DNA of 64,000 bases from a virus, in the IMG/VR virus record IMGVR_UViG_3300025930_000008, positions 1 through 64,000 of that record. One strand, 5' to 3'. The position numbers and the translations under genes are program-made. The notes under the pieces are model-generated. The model ran no database searches. It worked only from the letters and a program-made list of their open reading frames with translations, and was not told where the DNA came from. Position 1 is the first letter of the stretch; the number at the start of each line of letters is the position of its first letter. Of this stretch, positions 9,359-19,021 are shown piece after piece.

Positions 9359-11695
9359 CTAGGTGAAGCGGCCCTTTGGATTTTCAAACGGCGTGCGGCT
9401 GCCGGGGAGCGGAGTCAGCTTCTCAGGCTCTATGAAACATCGTACGTGATAACTTGACATAGGACCGCCCTTGAGAGGATACATAACCTCCACCCAACCC
9501 GTTGTCTGATCCTGAGATACTACCTCAACCATAGCATTCTTTGGTATTTCCATCCACTGACCTGCGTCATATGCGCCTTCACGGCCCTCTGACTGTCCTA
9601 GCGTAGCTTCCTCCATACGTGCGGCTGAGCCAGGAGGGAATTCATCACCGGCTTTAGCTACATGGTAGGATAAAGTTTCCCTAGAAGGATCAGTGCCCCA
9701 CATACCTTTGGTTGTCTCGTCAATATGATATCCGTTGGCATTTGCGAATTGCTCTAGGTATGGTTGGTATTTAGGATGCAGAGGGCTATTAGCATGGCCT
9801 AGGGTTTCTAAAAGCTGTCCCGATTCTGGCTTAAGATAAAAGGCGGACAGAGGAAATCCATTATGATTTCTCAACGACAAGAGTTGCATAGGCTCGCCAT
9901 TATGGGACGGGCTAATAGGCTCCTGGCTGTACTGATGAAATTGATTCTTATCCGTTTTCCAGAGTTGATTCAGCCGTGGTCCATCCTTTTGTAGACAATT
10001 ACGCATCATCATTCCCTCTCGGAAGGTATCTCCCCGGGTGGGAACGGTCTTGATATGAAATCCATCATCCCATTGATGTAGAATTTCACCGCGATCTGGA
10101 AAGGGCTTAGCATACTGCTCTACCATCGCCCGCTGTTGGGTTTGACTCAACCCTGCAACATATACTCTAGAGAATGTTCCAGGCTGCTGTAGTGGGTTAG
10201 CAGGGTATGGCCCAGGACGAGCGCCAGGGACAGACACAGGCTGCGGCGGTGGTAAAGTTTGTTCCTGTAGAGGATATGGCGGAATGATATTGCTGTCTGC
10301 CGGTGGAGCAAATTGATTCATAGGAATCAGGCCCATCGACGGGTTAGGCCCGTGGATAGCAGGGGGCGTCATATTCAACGGGATCCGGAAGTTAGGAATA
10401 TGTGGAGCGCCTGTAGGTATAGGGTACCCCGGAATCTCTGGCGCGCCCGTAGGTGGTGCATCGAACCCAGGGATAGGATTCAACGCAGGAGTAAGCTGTG
10501 GTCCATAAGGGGATGGAGCCATAGGCATACCTCCGGGTCCACCAGGGCCAGTGTATACCATACCCTCTGAGCCAGGAGCCTGTTCCCAATTCTGGGATGG
10601 CATATTAACAGGACCCTGTTGACCGAATGGTAGCGCAGGCTGTTGCCAACCCTGAGGTGTAGCTATACCCCCGCCCGGAGGCATACCCGCAGGCGGTGAC
10701 CCAGGTGGTAGGCCGGTAGGCTGATCGTCAACCGGGGTTGCTAATGACTTCCAATAAGCTGCGAGTACGTGCGCACATGGCCGTCCCTCATACTTTTTCC
10801 ACTGTCGTGTACGCTGAAATGCATACTGATCCCAGGGGCATTCACACGTCCATTGTGTGATTGCGCGGGAATTTGGATCGTCACGGGAAATCTCACATTG
10901 ATACTCTCCGTGATCGCCGATAACGTGAGCAACGACGTTGTTGTAACCATTTCTTAGTAGGGTAACATTCCCTGATTGAATGAGGCGCTTGGCCTTCGCC
11001 ATAATGTCAGGCCATGCGGCAGTCTTACGAACCTTAGAAGTCCAGTCCGTTTCATCGTCGCCAAAATCATGAGCCTTGGCAAAATACTCTTCCTGATTTT
11101 CTATGTACTGAGGCGTGACCCCTAGATGGTCGCCAAGAGAATCCTCTACCTCTCTCATATTGGGAGGATAAGCGTGACCTACAAGACGTGGATAATACCA
11201 GTGCAGAGTACCATCCTCCATAATACGTCCGGGGTGATGCGGCTCCGCATATGGAGAGCCATAGGCTATACCCTCAAACCCCGTTGTGGTACGCATCGCA
11301 TCAGTATGGAACTGCCCATGATGCCCCAGAAGAATTTGATTCCTCTGCGGAAAGTAGAGAAATGGATAATCATTGGAGTGTTTCTCGTCACCCCAATATT
11401 CGGTATCGAAATCAGGACGAATGATCGGGATACGAGTCTTATACTCGTCTGGATCAAATAGCTGCTGTTGGTCAAAGGAAAACTGTGCGTGTTTTATTCC
11501 ACACGCAGCCAATTCCTCACGACGGATCGTGTAGGCGAGCCAGCGGTCGTCAACAGTGCCACCAGTAGATAAGATGACCGCAGTTCCGGGTTCTGATTCC
11601 CACCAAGTAACACGCGATGGACCAATCTTGGCCTCGCGCTTAGGTAAACTTACTGGCGGGCCTGAGCCTACGCCGTCTTTTATGTCCCACGCCAT
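9359..11695 (-). CDS. multi-module protein with SWIM-type Zn finger, Pro-rich linker, PcfJ-like and SH3-like segments (putative virion polyprotein)
   Basis: CECPW...CAH; REGMMMRNCL; C-terminal VEVVSQDQTTGWVEV. Confidence 0.65.
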   Translation of the reverse strand: MAWDIKDGVGSGPPVSLPKREAKIGPSRVTWWESEPGTAVILSTGGTVDDRWLAYTIRREELAACGIKHAQFSFDQQQLFDPDEYKTRIPIIRPDFDTEYWGDEKHSNDYPFLYFPQRNQILLGHHGQFHTDAMRTTTGFEGIAYGSPYAEPHHPGRIMEDGTLHWYYPRLVGHAYPPNMREVEDSLGDHLGVTPQYIENQEEYFAKAHDFGDDETDWTSKVRKTAAWPDIMAKAKRLIQSGNVTLLRNGYNNVVAHVIGDHGEYQCEISRDDPNSRAITQWTCECPWDQYAFQRTRQWKKYEGRPCAHVLAAYWKSLATPVDDQPTGLPPGSPPAGMPPGGGIATPQGWQQPALPFGQQGPVNMPSQNWEQAPGSEGMVYTGPGGPGGMPMAPSPYGPQLTPALNPIPGFDAPPTGAPEIPGYPIPTGAPHIPNFRIPLNMTPPAIHGPNPSMGLIPMNQFAPPADSNIIPPYPLQEQTLPPPQPVSVPGARPGPYPANPLQQPGTFSRVYVAGLSQTQQRAMVEQYAKPFPDRGEILHQWDDGFHIKTVPTRGDTFREGMMMRNCLQKDGPRLNQLWKTDKNQFHQYSQEPISPSHNGEPMQLLSLRNHNGFPLSAFYLKPESGQLLETLGHANSPLHPKYQPYLEQFANANGYHIDETTKGMWGTDPSRETLSYHVAKAGDEFPPGSAARMEEATLGQSEGREGAYDAGQWMEIPKNAMVEVVSQDQTTGWVEVMYPLKGGPMSSYHVRCFIEPEKLTPLPGSRTPFENPKGRFT

Positions 11696-11984
11696 TGCGA
11701 TACTTTGGTTTCCCTGCTTTGATCCTACGTATTATAGGCGCGACTACGGCCATTTGATGAGGCAGTAGATCACCCTTGACTCTGTTGCATAATGGGTGAG
11801 CAGGCTGGCAATTCCAATAAGCGTGAGCGCCACCCTTAGATGTGGGTACGATGTGATCGACTGTCCATGACTTTTGATTAACCGGCTCTCCACAAATACC
11901 ACATCGTCCCGCGTATCGTCTTAGCAATTCGTCGCGCCGTACATGCTCAACGAACTTGCCTCGAACCTTCGCCTTTCGGGACAA
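11640..11984 (-). CDS. HNH endonuclease
   Basis: CGIC...VDHIVPTSKGG...NCQPAHPLCNRVK. Confidence 0.9.
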   Translation of the reverse strand: MSRKAKVRGKFVEHVRRDELLRRYAGRCGICGEPVNQKSWTVDHIVPTSKGGAHAYWNCQPAHPLCNRVKGDLLPHQMAVVAPIIRRIKAGKPKYRNGVGHKRRRRLRPASKFT

Positions 11985-12122
11985 TTAATTCCTTCGTGTT
12001 TCTCTAGTAGGGTACAGTTGGAGTATAATCTCCAACATCTGTCTCCTAACAGTCGCGTTAGGAGTGGTACGGATATCCTCTATGACTCGCTTGACGAGTT
12101 GACGCTGTAGAGGGTTTTCCAT
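11985..12122 (-). CDS. small hypothetical protein (45 aa)
   Basis: MENPLQRQLVKRVIEDI..., abuts the HNH start; GTAA-type promoter motif upstream. Confidence 0.5.
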   Translation of the reverse strand: MENPLQRQLVKRVIEDIRTTPNATVRRQMLEIILQLYPTRETRRN

Positions 12123-12147
12123 TCACCCATTACCACACGGAGGCAAT

Positions 12148-12410
12148 AAAAAAGGCGGGTAGCTAGCCGCTATCCCGCCTCACAACGCTTGGCATCATCG
12201 TATAAAAATGATAACCCATCGGTTGAGGGTTCCCGCCCTCAAGCTAGACCGAGTGGTACCTAGTATTCCCAAACAATATGGCCCGTGCCTCACTAGGAAA
12301 GACGCGGTTGTATCTGAGATAGGGCAGTCAGATACATGCAAGCCTACTTGACCTGAGGCATACCGCACTCTGGCGGACGTAACCCCAGGGAGTCTCCCTA
12401 TCGCTTTAGT
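12148..12410 (-). ncRNA. unassigned structured ncRNA (~260 nt)
   Basis: promoter TTGACA(12445-40)-N17-TAAGCT, terminator at 12148-12180, no ORF, helices TGCCTCA/TGAGGCA, TGTATCTGA/TCAGATACA, CCTAGT/ACTAGG. Confidence 0.65.
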
Positions 12411-12448
12411 CCAAACAGCTTAGCCGATCCTACGACGGCTGTCAAGGC

Positions 12449-13612
12449 TCAGTCGTCCTCATCCCACAAGTCTGCCCATTCGGAATCGGGCATTGCGGTC
12501 ATAGGATCGAAGGGATTATACTTGCCGCCATGGATCGGTGTCAAGCCCTGCGACTGTAGAAATTCATGGTACTGTGACGGGTCCTTGACCTTCCAGTTCT
12601 CAATTACGCTGGCTCGACCATCGGGTGCGATGTAAATATTCGCCACAGAGTTATTATTTACATGCCTTAGCTCAGGACCATTCAGACCAATATGATGCGG
12701 CCAACCATGCTCGTCCGTCTGCCAGTGGTGTAAGGCAAAGTCTGACGGCACTGATCCCTCAGGCGTAGTAGGCTGACCATTAGGCTTCATGTAAATAATG
12801 CCCTTACCAAACTTCCCTGGCCTCCAAGGATTTTGATACACTTCCGGCTCAGGACTAAATATGTTTCTATCGTGAGGATCCATGCCAGCCCTGCGAGCAA
12901 TATATTCGCCAGATACCTCAGCGATACGAGGGAATAACTCACGGTTAGCCAGGAACTTATAGACGATGTTGGCCTGGGAGAAATCTCCCTTACCCGCCTT
13001 CTGGTCCCTCATCCTACGCTGATGAATCTGATGCCAGAACTTAACGGCCTTATCCGGCTCGTAGCGTAATAGCCTCTCCATCTTATCGGCTGACTCTAGG
13101 GCATACACATAATCTGTATTATATTCACGCTCTACGTCATGGACACGGCTCTTGTCCGGTGGCTGAATCCAATTCTGTTGGATAATATCATAGCCTGAGC
13201 GCAAGCCAGGTTGATATAGGTCAGCCATTCCAATGTTCTTTGCTACAACGAAACCCTGCATCTGGTAGGGTGTACCCGGCAGAGTAGTACCATCTACATG
13301 CTCAATCATCAGAGCGATCAACCTAGCCCTATCCCACTCCGGTAGGAAATGCGGGTCCACGAATAGAGACACATCACAGTCTGACGCTGCGCTGTACTGA
13401 TACGTCGTGAGCGAACCGGTGAGGACTAGCTGTAACCATTGCTCAGGGTGAGGATGGAAGGTCTTGGCATGGCGATGGATTTCAGAGATTATCCAACGTC
13501 GATGTACTGGCTTGAGGGTAGGGGTAGGAGAGCCAGGATCATCCCACACATCAGGCGGTAGAGTATCGTGGATCGGGTCAAGAATATTTGACTTACGACC
13601 AGTCATCCTCAT
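12449..13612 (-). CDS. Pol-beta superfamily nucleotidyltransferase with an extra C-terminal module
   Basis: LVLTGS...SDCDV (hG[GS]x9-13DhD). Confidence 0.7.
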   Translation of the reverse strand: MRMTGRKSNILDPIHDTLPPDVWDDPGSPTPTLKPVHRRWIISEIHRHAKTFHPHPEQWLQLVLTGSLTTYQYSAASDCDVSLFVDPHFLPEWDRARLIALMIEHVDGTTLPGTPYQMQGFVVAKNIGMADLYQPGLRSGYDIIQQNWIQPPDKSRVHDVEREYNTDYVYALESADKMERLLRYEPDKAVKFWHQIHQRRMRDQKAGKGDFSQANIVYKFLANRELFPRIAEVSGEYIARRAGMDPHDRNIFSPEPEVYQNPWRPGKFGKGIIYMKPNGQPTTPEGSVPSDFALHHWQTDEHGWPHHIGLNGPELRHVNNNSVANIYIAPDGRASVIENWKVKDPSQYHEFLQSQGLTPIHGGKYNPFDPMTAMPDSEWADLWDEDD

Positions 13613-16600
13613 CTTCCTCTATAGGCTCATGCTCAGCATTGGGATCACCGTGAATGTTTGGGTCAAGCGCATGTAACCCATCAACGTTAGGGAAGGGTAT
13701 AGAACGACGGTCATAAGTGCCATACAGACCTGCATAGCCATCCGGATGAATATGGAATCGACGGTCATACGCGCTATCCCAATCATCCTGAATGCCCATA
13801 TTTTTCTCATAAGAATCATGGATAGGTTCGCCATCCTGATAATTGTCATAAAGATTCCATGTATGGTAATTACCATTCTGATCCATCGTACCTTTGCCCC
13901 AAGTACCAGGCTTCCAATTCAGGCGATGGCCCGGAGCATGAGTCACAGGAAAATCGCTGCTAGGCTGCGACTGCGACCAATTAGTATACGATGATAAATC
14001 CTCGGGGAAGTCTCTGAAATATGCTTCAACTTCCTCTGACGGCCATTGCTGAATCTCTTGCCACTCGTCTGAACGGCCAGCCGTCCTAGCTCGGATCAAC
14101 CCAAGCAATGCTTCTTTAGTGTTCAACTGCGGATTGTCCAATACCTGCTCATGTAGGAATTGGAGCGTCTTACCAATCTCAGGCCCCTGGGGAATACCCG
14201 CAGCCAATAGGTCACTACCATTCACCGCTAGCTGTGAAAGCGCCGTAGGGACGTTTCCTGCCCGCACAGAGTTGATTAGCGTGCGATGCTGGTCCACCGA
14301 AAGCGATGGATCAGTCGGATACTCAGACTTTCCGTCTTGGTCAGCCTGTCGCAAAATAAGCAGCCTATCCGCTAGGTCCCCCGTCTTATTTAGGAACCGG
14401 CGAGCGCCCTTTTCAGTATTGAAACCGGGGAACATATGGTGCATGATGAGGGCTGAGATAGGACTGATACGAGCATTAGGGTACCTTAGCTCCCCTAGCC
14501 TCGCTGCCGCCATATCCGCACCGATTGTTTCGTGAGTGCCACCGATACCGGGTGCCTTTTGGTAGAAGTGTCCCGAAACATTATTGCTGCCGCAATTCTC
14601 ACATACCTCAGCTTCACCGGGATGGGCGTGGTAGCAGTCCCTACACTCTGACCACCGGCTCGCAGGTTTTCCGATATCGTGCAGGAGTGCCGCCAACTTG
14701 AGGTCGGGGTCGTGTGGTGCGAGTTTTTGGGCATGTTCTAATACACTCAGTAGGTGCTGATCGAGTAGCTGCTCATGATGAGGATTCTTCTGGTCATAGT
14801 CTCGCGTTGCCTCTACCTCAGGGAAGATATATTTCATGAGGCCAGTATCCATCGCTAGCCTCATTGCGCGAGCCGTATCTACATCTTTGTGATTCCCGTC
14901 ATCCTCGTAGCCAAACATCTTATCTAGCTCTGTGCGAATACGGTCATTCGGTAGATTTTGCAGAGCGTGAGCATTATCCATCATCTGATCCTCTGTTTCA
15001 GAATTCGGGATCAAGCCATGCTTGGCTACAGCGGTAAGGGCACGCATAGTCCGTAGAGGGTCATCAGAAAGAGACTTGGTATGAAGGCTTCGTAGAGTTC
15101 TTCTTTTAATATCTGACAAACCCCCAAAGGGATCAAGAAGCTGACCTGTAGACAGGTCAACAGCCATAGCATTAGCGGTAAAGTCACGACGGTATAAATC
15201 TTCCTCGGGCGTCATTGTGTGGTCAGCGTCAATAGCAAAGTCCTTATGCCCACCGCCACCGGTAGCCCGCTCTCTACGCGGGATAGCAATTTCTACTTCC
15301 TTACCCTTGCCACGACCACCTTCGTGATAGCGGAACACACCGAAATCCTTACCGGTGAGGTCTACGCCACCCTTATTCTGCTTGCCCAATGCGGCTAGGA
15401 TACGATTTACTTCATCGGGATGAATACCCGTCACCATCAGGTCTAAATCGTTAGGCTCTTTGCCTAGTAGGGCATCACGCACAGCGCCACCCACGACATA
15501 CACATCGCCACCGGCAGCCTCTAAAGCCTTCCATGCGCGGAAAACGATAGGGTCAGCCGCAGCTAACGCCTGCACGTAGCCACCAATATCCTGACCGGCT
15601 AGCTTAGTCTGCTTGCCAGAATCGTCGGTTAGGTCTACTGACTTAATCTCCATGTGCGGATGATTGTAATACCACAACTCAAGCATGTGACGCACGGTAT
15701 AGGGCATATTGGTCATTGACCGGATATGCACCTTGCCACCAGGCTCATAAGTACCTTCTACTATGCCACCAGGGGTGAATTGGCCGGGGATATCAGACTG
15801 CTTCGTTCCCGGCTTCCCAATAGTTATTTCATCCTCTTGAATGTCATAAATGAACGGAATAGGAGCCGCGATCTGATCCTTACCTTCATCTGCCTTACCG
15901 GTAATAAACTCCCAGCCAGACATGCCACGACCCTCAGAATCCTCGGTTGCGTCATCCTCAGCATAAGGCTCATGCGGGATCAGTACCTTACGGATATTCT
16001 CCAAATGCTGTGGGCCGGTGCGCATACGTAGGCCACGCACACCTGGGTCCTCAACATACTCATCCTCTGGCGGGTCTACCCCTACCCATCCCTCATGGCT
16101 GTCCCTAAATGGAGGCCACCCCATATCCTCATAAAGATCATGGTGATAGTCACCCGGAGGGCCTAAAACAACGTGATTGAGCTTATAGTTGTAGACTACT
16201 GGCCTACGCCAACCAAACTCGCTCATATCAGCTTGGCCCGGGGCGTGCTTTACTGTGATCTGAGGTAATTCAGCAGATTCGTGGAACGATGGCATTTCAT
16301 GGAAATGAGGCGGGAAAGTCGCATCCATATCCAACCAGGCTGTATCCTTAGTGGGGTCATCATGGTTATCCCCCATAGGTTCCTCATTGGTCCTATGACG
16401 CAGGTATAGATTCCACGTAGGGAATAGGCGCTCACAGTCTGGACACTTGAACACGCCTCCGGGCTGACGCTCGTCCTTAGGCTCTTCAAACATATTATGC
16501 TCATCGGGGTTATTGAAAGTGCCAGCGCCAATGCTGTCAATCTCCATATCCTCGATAGTTTTCAGACCTGAGTCATTTCCTGCAATTATGGTCAATCCGT

Positions 16601-17189
16601 TGTCTGAGGCCCATTCGGCTAATGCCTCTATAGGCACTGTCCCGTAAAGGAAGGCTTCCTTGCCCCGTATATGAGCAGCGCCGCTAGAATTTTTTAAGGC
16701 ACTTTTTCTCCTGGCTAGGTTAGCGACCCCATCCTCATATGCGATGTAGTAGCTTTTTACAGGAGCAAACTCAGAACCCGTGTCAACCGGCTCACCTTGT
16801 AGGTCGGTCATGCCTCCCCACTGCCACCCGGCTGTTTCAGTGTAATCCTTGAGGATACGGGCTAATCCGTGGGCAGCTACATTTCCGGTAATGCGCCAAG
16901 AAGCCTTACCCAAATCGACGTGAACAGTACCCATAGCTGTAGGCCCAACATGATCTGCACGTACACCGGCATGGCTTGCTAGCTCGTCTAGTTCGTGATC
17001 CTCAGAAATGTGAAATTGACCGTTGCCATAGAACCATGTATAGTCCTCGACACCAGCCTTTTCCAACCAGTCAGGCCCACCACCCGGAGGCGTGGACTTA
17101 CCATCTATTGTCTCTGGTAGCTCACCGGGGTATGGCTCAGTCGCCCAGCCACCGGCCCCGCCACCATCTGCTGCTGTCCAGAGAGTCAT
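13593..17189 (-). CDS. cca: multi-domain protein containing a class II CCA-adding tRNA nucleotidyltransferase and HD domain
   Basis: VYVVGGAVRDALLG, DLDL, EEDLYRRDFTANAMA, DDPLRTMRA, LLHDIGKP. Confidence 0.9.
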   Translation of the reverse strand: MTLWTAADGGGAGGWATEPYPGELPETIDGKSTPPGGGPDWLEKAGVEDYTWFYGNGQFHISEDHELDELASHAGVRADHVGPTAMGTVHVDLGKASWRITGNVAAHGLARILKDYTETAGWQWGGMTDLQGEPVDTGSEFAPVKSYYIAYEDGVANLARRKSALKNSSGAAHIRGKEAFLYGTVPIEALAEWASDNGLTIIAGNDSGLKTIEDMEIDSIGAGTFNNPDEHNMFEEPKDERQPGGVFKCPDCERLFPTWNLYLRHRTNEEPMGDNHDDPTKDTAWLDMDATFPPHFHEMPSFHESAELPQITVKHAPGQADMSEFGWRRPVVYNYKLNHVVLGPPGDYHHDLYEDMGWPPFRDSHEGWVGVDPPEDEYVEDPGVRGLRMRTGPQHLENIRKVLIPHEPYAEDDATEDSEGRGMSGWEFITGKADEGKDQIAAPIPFIYDIQEDEITIGKPGTKQSDIPGQFTPGGIVEGTYEPGGKVHIRSMTNMPYTVRHMLELWYYNHPHMEIKSVDLTDDSGKQTKLAGQDIGGYVQALAAADPIVFRAWKALEAAGGDVYVVGGAVRDALLGKEPNDLDLMVTGIHPDEVNRILAALGKQNKGGVDLTGKDFGVFRYHEGGRGKGKEVEIAIPRRERATGGGGHKDFAIDADHTMTPEEDLYRRDFTANAMAVDLSTGQLLDPFGGLSDIKRRTLRSLHTKSLSDDPLRTMRALTAVAKHGLIPNSETEDQMMDNAHALQNLPNDRIRTELDKMFGYEDDGNHKDVDTARAMRLAMDTGLMKYIFPEVEATRDYDQKNPHHEQLLDQHLLSVLEHAQKLAPHDPDLKLAALLHDIGKPASRWSECRDCYHAHPGEAEVCENCGSNNVSGHFYQKAPGIGGTHETIGADMAAARLGELRYPNARISPISALIMHHMFPGFNTEKGARRFLNKTGDLADRLLILRQADQDGKSEYPTDPSLSVDQHRTLINSVRAGNVPTALSQLAVNGSDLLAAGIPQGPEIGKTLQFLHEQVLDNPQLNTKEALLGLIRARTAGRSDEWQEIQQWPSEEVEAYFRDFPEDLSSYTNWSQSQPSSDFPVTHAPGHRLNWKPGTWGKGTMDQNGNYHTWNLYDNYQDGEPIHDSYEKNMGIQDDWDSAYDRRFHIHPDGYAGLYGTYDRRSIPFPNVDGLHALDPNIHGDPNAEHEPIEEDEDDWS

Positions 17190-17196
17190 TCACTAC

Positions 17197-17373
17197 TTAC
17201 TCCCCGGATGATGCGGCTTCTAAATCCCTTGCCATAGCAAGAGCATCGCCGTCACAGAATTCACACAGAAAGATAGGTTTATCGCTAACACAAACGGGGA
17301 TCAGCGTTCGTGGTTCCTGGCCTGCCTTTTTACGGGCAGCCATGCAAGAAGTACAGGGCTTAGTCATCCGTTT
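17197..17373 (-). CDS. small Zn-finger protein
   Basis: CTSC...CEFCDG. Confidence 0.55.
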   Translation of the reverse strand, partial: KRMTKPCTSCMAARKKAGQEPRTLIPVCVSDKPIFLCEFCDGDALAMARDLEAASSGE

Positions 17374-17926
17374 CATCAGGTTGTTTACGCATCGCATTCA
17401 ATAGTTGAAATACCATTTCTTGATAGCTCGCGCTAGCACACTCCGCAAGCTGGATATCTAATAGCATACCAGCTTCCTTTGATGTTGCACCCTGAAAGAT
17501 CGACGGAAGATAAATAGTTTCGTTGGGGTTCTCAGGGTTAGGCAGCTTACGAATAGTGATGGTCATAAATGCCTCTCCCTCGGAGGCTGCTTCCATAGCC
17601 TCACTAAGCTGGTCAATATATTCTTCGACTTCTTCATCAGAAAACTCAGCCATCTGAGCTAGCTCCTGATGTTCCTCTACCTCTGGCTCTTTGGGTTCAG
17701 AAGGCGGGCCAATGATCTTGAAGTGTGTAGCAAATGTCCAGCCATCGGGCTGTCCGTTATACCTCCAATGATCCTTGTCCCACTCCACCTTCACCATTTC
17801 AAAGCCTGCGTCATCTACCTTGTGACCACGTACCCAACCCTCCGTGCCAGCCACAGCTAGTTGGTATAAATCCTCTGCTCCTGGGTTGAGTGCTATGCGT
17901 GAGTGAAGTGGAATCATCTTAGTCAT
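17360..17926 (-). CDS. hypothetical protein
   Basis: 188 aa ORF. Confidence 0.65.
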   Translation of the reverse strand: MTKMIPLHSRIALNPGAEDLYQLAVAGTEGWVRGHKVDDAGFEMVKVEWDKDHWRYNGQPDGWTFATHFKIIGPPSEPKEPEVEEHQELAQMAEFSDEEVEEYIDQLSEAMEAASEGEAFMTITIRKLPNPENPNETIYLPSIFQGATSKEAGMLLDIQLAECASASYQEMVFQLLNAMRKQPDETDD

Positions 17927-17946
17927 TATTCTAACGACTATACCAC

Positions 17947-18201
17947 TTAGTAAGGTCGGCGCGACTTGGATGCCTTGGCGCGACCCCTGCTCTTATCTGG
18001 AACATTGCTATCTTCATTTGCAATGCTTGCAGTTCGGATTTCGTCCAAGACTTCCTTAGTTTCCTTGAGAAGTCTTTCAAGTTCACCTACCCTCTGGGCA
18101 GAGCTAAGGGCGCGCTCTCGCACGCCCTGTTCATACTCTACTTGTTCATCTGACTTACTAAACGCCGAGTTCTTCGGGAACATCATCATCCTTAGCAGCA
18201 T
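17947..18201 (-). CDS. coiled-coil hypothetical protein
   Basis: 84 aa ORF. Confidence 0.5.
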   Translation of the reverse strand: MLLRMMMFPKNSAFSKSDEQVEYEQGVRERALSSAQRVGELERLLKETKEVLDEIRTASIANEDSNVPDKSRGRAKASKSRRPY

Positions 18202-18421
18202 TATGCTCGTCTACAATACCCTGCAATAACTTACGGGCATTGTCTACGCCTTTAGTAAGGGCTGAACGATGCCTGCTCTGGTCATTGCGCCTGTATTGAT
18301 CTATTAGATCATGGGACAGACAGAAATGATATGTAGTAGTCAGCACAGACAGGATAGCCTCTGCATCTTCCTCGTAGAGCGTGATCGCCTTGTCAAATTC
18401 CTCAGCCATTAGCCTCTCCAA
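18158..18421 (-). CDS. hypothetical protein
   Basis: 87 aa ORF. Confidence 0.55.
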   Translation of the reverse strand: MERLMAEEFDKAITLYEEDAEAILSVLTTTYHFCLSHDLIDQYRRNDQSRHRSALTKGVDNARKLLQGIVDEHNAAKDDDVPEELGV

Positions 18422-18589
18422 ATTCCTTGTATAAATATTCTAGTCTTACCACAGTGGACACACTTTATCTTGTTCCCATTTGTACGACTGAACAACAGAG
18501 ATACAGAGGTGACCTTGTACCCATTCGACCAGTAATACTCGTGGATACCTGAACCGCACCAATCAAAGTCAGGATCAGGGTCAGGACCC

Positions 18590-19021
18590 CTATTCGTCAG
18601 CTTCACGCCGATGATGCACCTTCCACATTACAAAGTATCCGATAAGGTCATCCACGATATCACTATCTGCCTCGATGGCATCGTCGCCCCGAACGAGTCG
18701 AGATATCTTGTCATCAATTCTAACTCGTAGCTGTTCCTCGGTGCTAGCCTTGGAGAAAATCCTGACTGGATCAAGAGCCGAATTTCCGTACTGTTCGTTC
18801 TTAGCGATGAGGAATTCTTTGATTTCGTCACACACTTCCCCAATCTCTAGAGCCACACCCCGACGCTGAATCTCCGGCTTCTTTGGAGGCTGCAATGGGT
18901 CCATCCTTTCCTTAGGCTGACAATTCTCACAGCCATCGCACTCCTGTGTCCACTGACTGTAACTATCGTCGGAGAAATACTTTGTGCCACTGCCATTGCA
19001 GGGACCGCCCATGTATACCAT
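18590..19021 (-). CDS. DUF1599/Nmad1-like (nucleotide-modification-associated) protein
   Basis: KNEQYGNSAL...VRIDDKISRL...DDLIGY. Confidence 0.75.
   Translation of the reverse strand: MVYMGGPCNGSGTKYFSDDSYSQWTQECDGCENCQPKERMDPLQPPKKPEIQRRGVALEIGEVCDEIKEFLIAKNEQYGNSALDPVRIFSKASTEEQLRVRIDDKISRLVRGDDAIEADSDIVDDLIGYFVMWKVHHRREADE

Noticed and set aside
11640-12410. IscB/HEARO (OMEGA) system from the ncRNA + HNH
   Set aside because: The HNH is 114 aa without RuvC/PLMP, a terminator and a small ORF intervene, and no recognisable omega-RNA motifs were seen; kept only as an unassigned ncRNA
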